From an uncultured bacterium (GTDB lineage Bacteria > CALINM01): DNA of 57,777 nucleotides. Position 1 is the stretch's first letter. The number at the start of each line of letters is the position of its first letter. A program made the position numbers and the translations under genes. Where the stretch lies: contig CALINM010000010.1 of NCBI GenBank assembly GCA_938045315.1, forward strand, positions 1-57,777, given 5' to 3'. The notes beneath the pieces are model-generated. The model searched no databases. It was given only the letters and a program-made list of their open reading frames with translations, and was not told where the DNA came from. Shown piece after piece: positions 38,156 to 48,246 of the stretch.

Positions 38156-38740
38156 CTACTTTAACACTAAAAGATTTGTTATTCCGATTCTTATCAGTTT
38201 GACTGCTATAGCCGCTAAAAGAAGTGAAACTATTTTCCCTATTCCTTTTAAGCCATCAACACCTATTGCTTTCTCAATTAAAACAGCCTGGTTAAAAATT
38301 ACCCAAACAACTAGAAGATTAAGAATTAAAGACATTATAACAGGCATATATCCATAGTTACCCACTAAAATCAAACAGGTGGTTAGTGTTGCAGGACCAG
38401 TAATTAGAGGTGTACCAATTGGAACAACACCAATTGAGGTAGAAACAAAACCTTTGTATTCTTGTGTTTTGACTATATCGTTTACAGCTATTATCAATAA
38501 TATGATTCCACCAGCAATAGTAAAATCATTCACTGTTATACCCAGACTCTTAAAAATGAGTTCTCCTAAAAAAATGAAAACAAGTGCCACTAAAAAGGCT
38601 GTAATTAGAGAATGTTTAATAATTTTCTTTCTTGATGAACTATCTAAATTCTGTGTCATGGTTAAAAAAATGGGAAGCAACCCAAGACCATCAATGGCAA
38701 CAAATAGGGGTATGAAAATTAGTAAAAAATTCTCAAACAT
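38156..38740 (-). CDS. MarC-family (UPF0056) integral membrane protein
   Basis: 194 aa with six hydrophobic segments. The N-terminus FIPLFVAIDGLGLLPIF and ITGPATLTT are typical of the MarC family. Confidence 0.8.
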   Translation of the reverse strand: MFENFLLIFIPLFVAIDGLGLLPIFLTMTQNLDSSSRKKIIKHSLITAFLVALVFIFLGELIFKSLGITVNDFTIAGGIILLIIAVNDIVKTQEYKGFVSTSIGVVPIGTPLITGPATLTTCLILVGNYGYMPVIMSLILNLLVVWVIFNQAVLIEKAIGVDGLKGIGKIVSLLLAAIAVKLIRIGITNLLVLK

Positions 38741-38749
38741 CGAAAATCT

Positions 38750-39658
38750 CTAAGGCGGACATTTTCCACAAACTGAGGTAAAAAGAGATGTTGATAAATA
38801 TCTATCACCTCTATCAGGTAAAATTACGACTATAACACCTTTGTCTATTTTATGAGCTAATTGTAAAGCTATAAACATGCTTGCGCCACTTGACATTCCT
38901 GCAAATATGCCCTCTTCAAGTGCAAGCTTTCTCGTAGTTTCAAAGGCTTCATCGTCTGTCACATAATAATGTTCATCTAAAACCTGGGGATTATATATCT
39001 CAGGAATTATCGCTTCCCTCATATTTTTTAGTCCCTGTATGTGATGACCTTCCACAGGTTCAACGCCAACAATGTTAATTTTATTATTGTACTCCTTTAA
39101 TCTTTTAGAAACCCCCATCAGGGTACCCGTTGTACCCATACCAGCAACAAAATGAGTCACTTCTCCTTTGGTTTGTTTTATTATCTCAGGACCAGTAGTC
39201 TCGTAATGGGCAATTGTATTTGCCGGATTTTCGAATTGGTTTGGCATAAAATATTTGTCTGGTTCTTCTTCATATATGTTATGGGCAAGTTTTATCGCAC
39301 CATCTGTTCCTTCATCAGCTGGGCTTAATATTACTTCTGCTCCAGGGGCTTCTAAAATCATCCTCCTCTCCCCACTGACACATGCGGGCATAACTAATTT
39401 TACTTTGTACCCCCTGGCAGCACACACCATCGCAAGACCTATGCCAGTATTGCCAGAAGTAGGCTCTAAAACTATCTTATTTTTCGTCAACACTCCCCTC
39501 TTTTCCGCATCCTTGATCATATACAAAGCCGGTCTATCTTTAACAGAACCACCAGGGTTATTACCTTCTAACTTTGCATAAAGTTTTACCTTTGAATTTT
39601 TATTTAGTTTAGAAATTAAAGCAATAGGCGTATTTCCTGTACAGGATAGTATGTCCAT
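38750..39658 (-). CDS. cysK: cysteine synthase (O-acetylserine sulfhydrylase, CysK/CysM family)
   Basis: PLP-lysine context NPGGSVKDRPA, TSGNTGIGLA and GTTGTLMG. Start chosen at ATG 39658 with a GGTGA SD; TTG 39664 is the alternative. Confidence 0.88.
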   Translation of the reverse strand: MDILSCTGNTPIALISKLNKNSKVKLYAKLEGNNPGGSVKDRPALYMIKDAEKRGVLTKNKIVLEPTSGNTGIGLAMVCAARGYKVKLVMPACVSGERRMILEAPGAEVILSPADEGTDGAIKLAHNIYEEEPDKYFMPNQFENPANTIAHYETTGPEIIKQTKGEVTHFVAGMGTTGTLMGVSKRLKEYNNKINIVGVEPVEGHHIQGLKNMREAIIPEIYNPQVLDEHYYVTDDEAFETTRKLALEEGIFAGMSSGASMFIALQLAHKIDKGVIVVILPDRGDRYLSTSLFTSVCGKCPP

Positions 39659-39660
39659 AA

Positions 39661-40755
39661 TCAATCACCAAAGGATATACCTAAATCTCTTGCTGTAGTT
39701 ATTGTATCTCCATCAAGGGGAACCCTCTTCATCGAACTTAAAGCTTCTTCAAGTTTTACAGTGGTTACATGGGGAGGATGTAGAGCCACCATATGACCAA
39801 ACTTCTTATCTTCAATTGCTCTTATTGCAGCTGCGCCAAACCTTAAAGCAAGCAACCTATCAAAGGTAGTTGGAGAACCGCCCCTTTGAAGATGTCCTAG
39901 TACAAGTGATCTCGTATCTTTTCCCATTTTTTTAGAAATTTCCTTAGCCACATATTCAGCTACTCCCCCTAACACAACATCCTGTCTGCCATCTTTAGCC
40001 CCCTCTTTTATAATTTCACTTCCCCCCTCTGGTATCGCTCCCTCAGCTGCAACTACTATCGCATATTTTATACCCTCTAGCTCTAATGATGTTATGTGAT
40101 CACATATTTTATCAATATTAAAGGGAATCTCAGGAATTAAAATTACATGTGCATTTCCTGATATACCACTATTTAGGGCAATCCATCCAGCCCTTCTCCC
40201 CATTACTTCAACTATTATCACCCTTTCATGAGAACGCGCCGTTGAATGCAGTCTATCAATCGCCTCTGTAGCAATACTTACCGCTGTGTCAAATCCAAAG
40301 GTAATCACCGTCCCTCCTAAATCATTATCTATAGTTTTGGGAACACCCACTACAGGAAGCCCTTTTTGAAAGAATTCATACGCAATTTTTAGACTACCAT
40401 CACCACCAACAGCAATAAGACAGTCAAATTTTAATCTCTTAAAGTTCTCAATTACTCTATCTGATACATCTTTTATCTCCAGTTCCCCATCAACTTTCTT
40501 TACGGGCATTGCAAAGGGATTTCCTCTATTTGTAGTACCAAGTATTGTACCACCTGTGCTGGAAATATTCCTTACCTTTTCAGGTGTAAGTCTCACTATT
40601 TCGTCGGTATCAAGCAAACCTTGATAACCATTTTTTATACCAAATACTTCCCATCCCCTGTGATAAGCTGACATTGTTACTGCTTCAATAACTGCATTAA
40701 GACCTGGTGCATCTCCTCCACCCGTATTGATAGCAATTCTTAAACCCTTTGGCAT
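39661..40755 (-). CDS. pfkA: 6-phosphofructokinase
   Basis: 364 aa. TGGGDAPGLNAVI, GGDGSL, PKTIDNDL and MGRRAGW motifs. Confidence 0.9.
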   Translation of the reverse strand: MPKGLRIAINTGGGDAPGLNAVIEAVTMSAYHRGWEVFGIKNGYQGLLDTDEIVRLTPEKVRNISSTGGTILGTTNRGNPFAMPVKKVDGELEIKDVSDRVIENFKRLKFDCLIAVGGDGSLKIAYEFFQKGLPVVGVPKTIDNDLGGTVITFGFDTAVSIATEAIDRLHSTARSHERVIIVEVMGRRAGWIALNSGISGNAHVILIPEIPFNIDKICDHITSLELEGIKYAIVVAAEGAIPEGGSEIIKEGAKDGRQDVVLGGVAEYVAKEISKKMGKDTRSLVLGHLQRGGSPTTFDRLLALRFGAAAIRAIEDKKFGHMVALHPPHVTTVKLEEALSSMKRVPLDGDTITTARDLGISFGD

Positions 40756-40810
40756 ATCCTTACCTCATTCCTTGTTTTATCAATAATTATTTCTAATAAT
40801 TCAAGAAATG

Positions 40811-42112
40811 TCAAAATTTTTTGTACTGCCACTGTTTTATTATTTCCTCATTTGGATTAAAGTAACCAAAATAAATTTGTGGAAATTCTTTTCTTAATAA
40901 ATTTACATAGTTCCTGATACCAAGTATATTTGTTCCCCGTGTAATTTTTAACTCCTCTAAATACCAATCTGGGTCAATGTTAAAGTTTCTCCACTGTATC
41001 ATATTTATTTTTGTACTTTGCAAAACTTTTTTCATAGCTTCCCATTCTTCTACATCATCAGTCACCCCGGGAAATACGAAATAATTGATTGATACCCATT
41101 TTTCATATCTTTTGCTTAAACTTAACGTCTCTAATACATTCTCAAAATTATAATTTATAGGTTGGTAATATTTTTCATAAATTTCTTTTCTTACACTATT
41201 TATGCTCACCCTTATACTGTCAATGCCTGCTTTAAACAACTCTTCAACAGCTTTAGGAAGACTACCATTGGTGTTGAGATTTATAATGCCCTTTTTAGTT
41301 TTTCCTCTTATTATTTTAACTGCTTCAATTAACACATCTTTTACCATAAGAGGCTCCCCTTCACATCCCTGACCAAAACTAACAATAGGATTTTTTGCTC
41401 TCTGTAAATGAAATATTGCAGTTTCAGCAATCTCTTCAGGAGAAGGAATAAATGTTATTCTCGGTTGTGTACATGGTATTGGCGATTTCTCTTTATTTTG
41501 AAAGGAAATGCACCCCAAACATCTGGAGTTACATAGAGGTGAACTGGGAAGGGGTGCTTCAAACCTTCCTAAACAAAAATTCCTTGCAGCAGGGCAAAAG
41601 TATTTAAAAGCACAATTTTTTATTATATGGGCAATCAATTTATTTTTTGGGAATTCTTTTAAAATCTTTTTTCCCATTTCTATAACTTTTTTCTGATTAA
41701 AAAGATATGGTTCTTGTCTTTTATCTTGATCAATTCTCATTGCAGGAACATAAAATTTGTTGTCATGCCACCCAACAGCTGAATAGGCGAAAAGGGGAAG
41801 TACAGGGGCTTTTTCCTCTCTTTTATATGCAGATAACAATAAATGTGTGTGAGCTGGGGATAGAAAAGCTGAAATAGCGAGAACATCATTAAGGCACTCT
41901 ATTTTACCTGTTTTTCTATTTATACCCATCGGGTGCCTTGCAGGGAGAACAAATAAATCACTTCCTCTTGGAAGCTCTATTAGCTCTTCTTCATAAAGGG
42001 GTTTAAAACTATTCCCATATCTCCCTAAAGCAAAGTAATTTTTATCCTCATATACATTCCCCCTTTCATCACCAAAAACAAGGTAGGGTCTTATTAATAA
42101 TTTTTTAGTCAT
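40811..42112 (-). CDS. radical SAM protein with an uncharacterised ~190-aa N-terminal domain
   Basis: 433 aa. CNSRCLGC (CX3CX2C) at about residue 195 and a GQGCEGEPL SAM-binding-like motif. The N-terminal domain is not recognisable to me. Confidence 0.7.
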   Translation of the reverse strand: MTKKLLIRPYLVFGDERGNVYEDKNYFALGRYGNSFKPLYEEELIELPRGSDLFVLPARHPMGINRKTGKIECLNDVLAISAFLSPAHTHLLLSAYKREEKAPVLPLFAYSAVGWHDNKFYVPAMRIDQDKRQEPYLFNQKKVIEMGKKILKEFPKNKLIAHIIKNCAFKYFCPAARNFCLGRFEAPLPSSPLCNSRCLGCISFQNKEKSPIPCTQPRITFIPSPEEIAETAIFHLQRAKNPIVSFGQGCEGEPLMVKDVLIEAVKIIRGKTKKGIINLNTNGSLPKAVEELFKAGIDSIRVSINSVRKEIYEKYYQPINYNFENVLETLSLSKRYEKWVSINYFVFPGVTDDVEEWEAMKKVLQSTKINMIQWRNFNIDPDWYLEELKITRGTNILGIRNYVNLLRKEFPQIYFGYFNPNEEIIKQWQYKKF

Positions 42113-42129
42113 CTTTTAAACTATAGGGT

Positions 42130-42732
42130 TTACTGATTAAGTATTGCCTTTAGTGACATTAACAGCCTTTTCTCTAAATCTCCTATATCTGTTGACGCAC
42201 CTTTATTAAGGTAATAAGCTGGTGATAGATGGGCAAAAAACTTTTGCATTTCTTCATCCGCCTGTTTAACGGAAAAAAATAAAATGGGGGTAGGTTTTAT
42301 TTGAAATGCCCTCTCCATGGCTCTCATGGCTATACCAACACTTATGCCGCTTATGTATGGCATTTTTATATCAAGAATTACAAGATCCACACGGCTTTTA
42401 TCTATCAAAAACTTGGTGTATTTCTCTAAAAGCAATTCACCATTATCAAAAGTGACGAAATTTTTTGATATTTTATTGCTATTAAATATATCTTTAACAA
42501 GCTCCCTCATAAATGCAGAATCGTCTGCATAGAATATTACTTTGTCATTTTCTTTATTTTTGTCATGAACACTCCTGGTGTCAACTAAAATTGGTAGTCC
42601 ACAATATAGACAACATATCTCTTCTTTACCATTTCTTATAACAGTATAAGTTAAAACATCTTCATTACATTGCTGACAAAACCGTTTTTTTTCCATAAGT
42701 TCTTTGATTTTTAAGTAAATTTCTTTTATCAT
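42130..42732 (-). CDS. zinc-ribbon + receiver-domain response regulator (no DNA-binding output)
   Basis: Start set at ATG 42732 (MIKEIYLK). CQQC...(19 aa)...CCLYC ribbon, then REC with VIFYADDS and LVILDIKMPYISG. The longer ORF-track N-terminus overlaps divergent ppiD. Confidence 0.7.
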   Translation of the reverse strand: MIKEIYLKIKELMEKKRFCQQCNEDVLTYTVIRNGKEEICCLYCGLPILVDTRSVHDKNKENDKVIFYADDSAFMRELVKDIFNSNKISKNFVTFDNGELLLEKYTKFLIDKSRVDLVILDIKMPYISGISVGIAMRAMERAFQIKPTPILFFSVKQADEEMQKFFAHLSPAYYLNKGASTDIGDLEKRLLMSLKAILNQ

Positions 42733-42772
42733 ATTAACTTGACAAAATGCAAATAATTTTTTGGGAGGCAAA

Positions 42773-44596
42773 ATGTTAAATTTTCTTCGCAAAAGAGCAT
42801 CTTCTTGGTTTATTAAAGCTGCTTTTTTTCTCATAATAATCGTTTTCATATTCTGGGGTGTGGGTACAGTAAGAGAAAAGGAACAAACAATAATAGGAGA
42901 AGTAAATGGTAAAAAAATATCCATAGGGGAGTTTCAAAATGCTACAAATAATATAGCAGAAAATTATAAAGCTATTCTCGGTGATAAGTTTGATTACAAA
43001 ATTTTATCTGAACAAATTAAAAAAACAGCATGGGACTTGCTCGTAGAACAAGCAATTTTATTGGGTGTTGCAGAGGAACTAAAAATTAAAGTATCCCCTC
43101 AAGAATTAATTGACGAAATTCAAAAAATTGATGCATTCAAAGAAAATGGGGTATTCAGTAGGGAAAAATACATACAAGTTCTTAGGTATAATAAAATAAT
43201 GCCCTCTCAATTTGAAGCACAAAGAGAAAAAAGTTTACTTCTTAGTAAGGTCAGAACATTCCTTAAAAATGCTGTAACTATTACTGATTCAGAAATCGAT
43301 AGCTGGTATATTTTAAAAAATAGAAAAATTAAGGCTAATTACATTACAATCAACTATAAGGACTTCTATAAAGATGTATCTGTGACTGAAGAAGACATTA
43401 AAAAGTATTATGATACTAATAAAGAACAATTTAAAAAGCCTGAAAAAGCAACAATAACCTATTACTTAATATCCCAATCAGATTTTGTTTCAAATATAAA
43501 GCCTGATGAAAAGGATTTAAAAAATTATTATGAGGAACATAAAGATGAGTTTTTTGAACCAAAAAAATATATTTTAAAACATATTTTTGTGGCCTTTGGA
43601 AAGGATAGAGCTTCGTCAAGAAACAAAATTGATGAAGCAAAAAAAAGTCTAAGCAAAGAAGATTTTTCTAAAGTTGCATCGAAATATAATGAAGATGGTA
43701 CAAAAAATAAAGGGGGACTTTTAGGAGAAATAACACTAAATATGGTTACCCCTAAACTTGCTTCTTCTATTTCCGCTATGAAAAAAGGGGATGTTTCGGA
43801 AATTATTGAAAGCGAGTATGGTTACCATATTATTAAAGTGGATGATATAAAGGAAGAGAAAATAAAAGACTTTAACGAAGTCAAAGAAGTGGTAAAAGAA
43901 AAAGTTATTCAAAATAAAGCAAAAATACTTGCCTTAAAAACTGCTTCTGAAATAAAAGATTCATTAGAAAAAGGCGCATTACACAGCAAATATAAAGCTG
44001 AAAAAGCTGAGATTCAGAAAGATAAACCCCTAATAAACAATATTAACCTACCTGAACTGGTAAACAGCATATTCACCCTCGGTGAAGGAAAAACCTTCGG
44101 ACCTATTAATACCTCAGGAGGGGTTTTAGTAGGCAAAGTTGATAAAATAGAGAAGGGATACTATACAGAGGCAGAAGTTAAAGAAAAAATTAAAGAAACT
44201 ATCATGAAAAATAAAGCTCTGGATTTAGCTGAAGAAAGAGCTAAAAGGTTGATTGCAGAAGGAAACTTACCAAAAGGAACGGAAACAGATTGGTTTTCTC
44301 CCGCTGGCGTCCTTCCTGCTCCTTTGAATACACTAAAAGACCTGGATAAAGCAATTGTATCATTAGATAAGGAAAACAACATTCTGAAAAAACCTTTTCG
44401 TTCTGAAGACTCTGTTTATATTATTTATCTTTCCCAAATTCAAGATCCAGTCTTAGAAAAAAATAGTGAGGAATATAAAAGATTTGCAAGTGATTTTATT
44501 GAAAATAAACAAAACTTGTTTTTTGAAGAATGGTTAAAAAGCTTGAAAAAGAATGCAAAAATAAAATTCAATGAGGAGCTCTTTAAAAGTCTTTAG
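42773..44596 (+). CDS. ppiD: periplasmic chaperone / peptidyl-prolyl isomerase PpiD-like
   Basis: Start ATG 42773, 5 nt after a GGGAGG SD. N-terminal TM anchor SSWFIKAAFFLIIIVFIFWGV, SurA-N-like region, and parvulin domain (HIFVAF...EYGYHIIKV). Confidence 0.8.
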   Translation: MLNFLRKRASSWFIKAAFFLIIIVFIFWGVGTVREKEQTIIGEVNGKKISIGEFQNATNNIAENYKAILGDKFDYKILSEQIKKTAWDLLVEQAILLGVAEELKIKVSPQELIDEIQKIDAFKENGVFSREKYIQVLRYNKIMPSQFEAQREKSLLLSKVRTFLKNAVTITDSEIDSWYILKNRKIKANYITINYKDFYKDVSVTEEDIKKYYDTNKEQFKKPEKATITYYLISQSDFVSNIKPDEKDLKNYYEEHKDEFFEPKKYILKHIFVAFGKDRASSRNKIDEAKKSLSKEDFSKVASKYNEDGTKNKGGLLGEITLNMVTPKLASSISAMKKGDVSEIIESEYGYHIIKVDDIKEEKIKDFNEVKEVVKEKVIQNKAKILALKTASEIKDSLEKGALHSKYKAEKAEIQKDKPLINNINLPELVNSIFTLGEGKTFGPINTSGGVLVGKVDKIEKGYYTEAEVKEKIKETIMKNKALDLAEERAKRLIAEGNLPKGTETDWFSPAGVLPAPLNTLKDLDKAIVSLDKENNILKKPFRSEDSVYIIYLSQIQDPVLEKNSEEYKRFASDFIENKQNLFFEEWLKSLKKNAKIKFNEELFKSL

Positions 44597-44761
44597 TTTA
44601 TTATTATTTTTTGTATAAATGCTTCTTAATATTCATAGAAATTGTATGTTTACAAGGCTGATCAAATTGTAGATCCCCCATGAAGAAGAATTTAATATTA
44701 CATAATGCTCTTGATTTTTTCCTGGATCCATGAATATAAGGGGAGAAACTTTTTTATACAT

Positions 44762-47044
44762 TTAAAAATTATAATAGCTTCTGTAAGTAGTCACCTGACC
44801 ATTATTTAAATTAAATATAATTTCACCATCTTCATCTGTTCTTAGGTATTTTATTCTTTCCCTTCTAAAAAATTGTATCACTTCCCGGGATGGCAAATTC
44901 CATGGATTTTCTTTACCAACAGTTATCACTGCATATTCAGGAGTTAATCTCTTATAAAGAGCCTCACTAAAAGAGCTTTTTGATCCATGGTGGGGAACTT
45001 TAATTATTGTAATTTTCTGATTCAATAGCTTTTTATATTTTCTCAGCATCTTTTCAATGCCATCTTTTTCCATATCTCCTGTAAAGAGTATTTTATAATT
45101 TTTATATTCCATAAGCACCCAATTTGACCTGTTATTTTGTTTTTCTGATTTTATTCCTGGCAAAATGTAAACTCTAATTTCACCAAAATTTATTAAAATT
45201 TCTTTATCATATAAAATAACATCTTCATTATAAAATACCCTTCCAATATTGAAATTGTTACCTAACCAGTTAAGTGCCTTCATGTGATCAGGGTGGGAAT
45301 GGGAGAGAATTACTGAATCAATCTTTTTTGCTCCCAATTTTTTCATTAACGGCAAATATACCTTTGAACCCAGTTTTTCATCCCAAACATTGCCACCCAC
45401 ATCAATAAAAATAATTCTCCCCTCTTCTGTTTTAACAACTGCACAATCACCCTGTCCCACATCGGGAAACACCAGTAAAGTTTCCTTTTTGTGAGGGTAG
45501 TAGAGAAGTAAAATTGCAATAAGACCAGTGGGTATTGCAATTAATTTGAATTTTTTGGGCATAATTAGGGCAACAAAAATTGTAGAATAATAAAGAATTA
45601 GAGACATTATGTTAAAATCGAAATCCAAATATACAGAAGGTAAATTATTTAAAAAAGATAAATAACTATAAATAATTTTCCATCCATAATTTGGTATGGT
45701 AAGAGATATTGCAAATAAACTAGTACTAAAAATTGAAAATGGTAAGGATAAAAATAAAAATGGCAGTATTATAAAAGAAAAGAGCGGGATTATAAAGGGA
45801 TTTGCAAAAAAAGAAGCAATGAAATTAAGTCTCGAAAAACTACCAAGCACTGGCAGAATAAAAAAAGTAATAATTAGAGAGAGAAAAACTATTCCTGCAA
45901 AATAATTTAAAATTTTGAATATCCATGACTTTCCATAACCATTTACCAAAAAACTCATGTGTTTAAAACTTATAAGCAAGGCGAAAACACTCATAAATGA
46001 AAGTTGAAAAGATGTGTTTGCTATTACATAGGGGTCATTAATTATAAGAATAATCGCTACTAAAAACAAAAGATTAAAGGAGTTACATTTTTTTTTAAAG
46101 AGAACTAAAAAAAATGTGGAAAGAGAAAAAAACAAAAATGCCCTCATGGCTGGAATTGATAGGCCTGAAAGAAAGGCATAAGTTAAAATCATGGGTATTG
46201 AAAATATTACAACAAGAATTTGCCTCGGTAAAAAATCTGTTATAGAGGGTATAATTAAAGAGATTGAATAAACTATTAAAAGGGAAAAAAATATAGTTAA
46301 TGTAAAATGCAAGCCAGATATTGAAAGAATATGTGCTGTTCCAGTCCGATTAAAAATATTTCTTATATTATCATCTAATACTCTCTCTCCAAAGAGAACT
46401 TCTATAAAAAAATCTTTCCCCGCCCCAGCATTTTCTTTGAAACTTTCTATCATCTTTTGTCTTAGTTTTGTTAGACTTTCTAATAACACATTTCGCTTGT
46501 TTATAATATATTCGCTAATCTTTAAAATATTTTTATTATTGGTTAAACTTTCATACGCTGCCAATTCACTTTGAATATTTTTATATCTATGTAATTTTTT
46601 TACCTCTCCTAAAAAGGTTATTTCATCAAAAATATTTATATCATCTTTTAAGCTAAATCTTGCCTCAATTTTAGCTGGTATAGATTCCGTAGAATCTGTA
46701 ATTCTAATAGTTGCCTGTTTATAATACTTTTTATCTCTTACGAAATTTGAAATATAACCTTTACCAGCAACTAAACCTTTGTAATCATTATAAGTAAAAG
46801 AAGTTCTTAAAACACCCAGACACATAAAAAAAACAAAATAAAGGACAACAAACAAAATGTTATTTTCTTTAATTAACAAAAATAAAAAGGGGATTATAAG
46901 CAAAAGTACAAAAACATGGGGATAAAAAAGGGGGCTAAAAAAAAATAAAACACCTACTAAATAACCAGCTAATGATAAAAATAAATAAAATGTTGAGTTC
47001 TCAAAATCTCTTTGGAGAAGGTATATATTCTTTAAGTTTTTCAA
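44762..47044 (-). CDS. comEC: DNA internalisation competence protein ComEC/Rec2
   Basis: 760 aa. Polytopic competence domain ([16 protein letters not shown]) plus a C-terminal metallo-beta-lactamase domain ([14 protein letters not shown]). The TTG start overlaps the dnaJ 3' end, so the start is uncertain. Confidence 0.85.
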   Translation of the reverse strand: MKNLKNIYLLQRDFENSTFYLFLSLAGYLVGVLFFFSPLFYPHVFVLLLIIPFLFLLIKENNILFVVLYFVFFMCLGVLRTSFTYNDYKGLVAGKGYISNFVRDKKYYKQATIRITDSTESIPAKIEARFSLKDDINIFDEITFLGEVKKLHRYKNIQSELAAYESLTNNKNILKISEYIINKRNVLLESLTKLRQKMIESFKENAGAGKDFFIEVLFGERVLDDNIRNIFNRTGTAHILSISGLHFTLTIFFSLLIVYSISLIIPSITDFLPRQILVVIFSIPMILTYAFLSGLSIPAMRAFLFFSLSTFFLVLFKKKCNSFNLLFLVAIILIINDPYVIANTSFQLSFMSVFALLISFKHMSFLVNGYGKSWIFKILNYFAGIVFLSLIITFFILPVLGSFSRLNFIASFFANPFIIPLFSFIILPFLFLSLPFSIFSTSLFAISLTIPNYGWKIIYSYLSFLNNLPSVYLDFDFNIMSLILYYSTIFVALIMPKKFKLIAIPTGLIAILLLYYPHKKETLLVFPDVGQGDCAVVKTEEGRIIFIDVGGNVWDEKLGSKVYLPLMKKLGAKKIDSVILSHSHPDHMKALNWLGNNFNIGRVFYNEDVILYDKEILINFGEIRVYILPGIKSEKQNNRSNWVLMEYKNYKILFTGDMEKDGIEKMLRKYKKLLNQKITIIKVPHHGSKSSFSEALYKRLTPEYAVITVGKENPWNLPSREVIQFFRRERIKYLRTDEDGEIIFNLNNGQVTTYRSYYNF

Positions 47045-48083
47045 GCAATTCCTTTGCCTCTTTTGACAGTTTTTCAGGAACTTCTACCTTTACTACACAG
47101 TAAAGATCCCCTACTTTTCCAAAGGCATCTTTTACCCCCCTACCTGCCACTCTTAATTTCTGACCGTTTTTTGTTAGAGGAGGGATATTTATATTTATCC
47201 TTGTCCCATCAGGAAGAGGCACATCAACTTTTGTTCCTAATGTGGCTTCTGTTATTGATAGGGGAAGAGTAACATATAAATCATTGCCTTCTCTTGAATA
47301 GTAAGGATGAGGTGATACAATTATATGAATGAATAGGTCTCCAGGCTTTCCTCCAGATTTACCTGGTTTTCCTTTTCCAGTAACTTTTAATCTATGGCCA
47401 GTATCAACTCCAGAGGGGATTCTAACTGTTAACTTGGATGCATTAAACTTAACCCCTGTTCCCTGACAAACACTACATCTTTTTACATTTGTATAACCAA
47501 GCCCGTTGCAAACATTACATGGAGTTTGAATAAAAAGATTTCCTCTCCTTACACTCTTAAATCCCGTCCCTTTGCATTCATTACATTTAACCTGGTTAGA
47601 TCTATCAAGTCCAGAACCGTTACAAAAGGAGCATGGAAACTGTTCTTTTAATTCTATCTCTTTTACACACCCCATTACAGCCTCTTCAAAACTTATAACC
47701 AGTTCAACCTCAATGTCCTCACCCTTTTGAATTTTATCCTTCCCCTTTGTACTAAAACCAAAGAAATCTGAAAAAATATCTGAAAAAGAGCCACCAAAAA
47801 GATCTGAAAAAAAGTCTTTGCCAGAATATGTATAACCAAAACCACCTTCAGATTGGGGTTTAAAAAAGGCATCACCCATTAAATCATAATTTTTTCTCTT
47901 TTCAGGATCCGATAGAACTTCATAGGCTTCGTTTATATCTTTAAACTTTTCTTCCGCTTCTTTATTGCCCGGGTTTTTATCGGGATGATACTTTTTTGCT
48001 AAATTCCAGTAAGCTTTTTTTATCTCCTCTTGTGTTGCATTTTTTGATACCCCAAGAATTTTATAGTAATCTTTCTCAGCCAT
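47001..48083 (-). CDS. dnaJ: molecular chaperone DnaJ
   Basis: 360 aa. J domain DYYKILGV...[10 protein letters not shown] region, and four CxxCxGxG zinc-finger repeats. Confidence 0.95.
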   Translation of the reverse strand: MAEKDYYKILGVSKNATQEEIKKAYWNLAKKYHPDKNPGNKEAEEKFKDINEAYEVLSDPEKRKNYDLMGDAFFKPQSEGGFGYTYSGKDFFSDLFGGSFSDIFSDFFGFSTKGKDKIQKGEDIEVELVISFEEAVMGCVKEIELKEQFPCSFCNGSGLDRSNQVKCNECKGTGFKSVRRGNLFIQTPCNVCNGLGYTNVKRCSVCQGTGVKFNASKLTVRIPSGVDTGHRLKVTGKGKPGKSGGKPGDLFIHIIVSPHPYYSREGNDLYVTLPLSITEATLGTKVDVPLPDGTRININIPPLTKNGQKLRVAGRGVKDAFGKVGDLYCVVKVEVPEKLSKEAKELLEKLKEYIPSPKRF

Positions 48084-48089
48084 ATTACA

Positions 48090-48118
48090 AATATAGTGCT
48101 TTTTTTACAATTTCTCAA
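48090..48118 (-). promoter_or_regulatory. sigma70-like promoter candidate abutting the dnaJ start codon
   Basis: On the minus strand: TTGAGA, 17 nt, TATATT, then TGTAAT and the ATG. The -10 ends only 6 nt before the start codon and no SD is visible. Confidence 0.35.
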
Positions 48119-48246
48119 GGAGTACCCTCTAAAAATTTTGAATTAGGACCCTTATGTAGATGGTTTAAATCCCCTTATAAATATTAAATCCCTTTGCTCC
48201 ACAATCAAAATTTGGGCTTAACAAATTACTGTTATGTCCTATTTTA

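Noticed and set aside
42733-42924. N-terminal 64 codons of the response-regulator ORF in the track
   Set aside because: They overlap the divergent ppiD coding sequence and its SD. The domain content starts at MIKEIYLK (42732).
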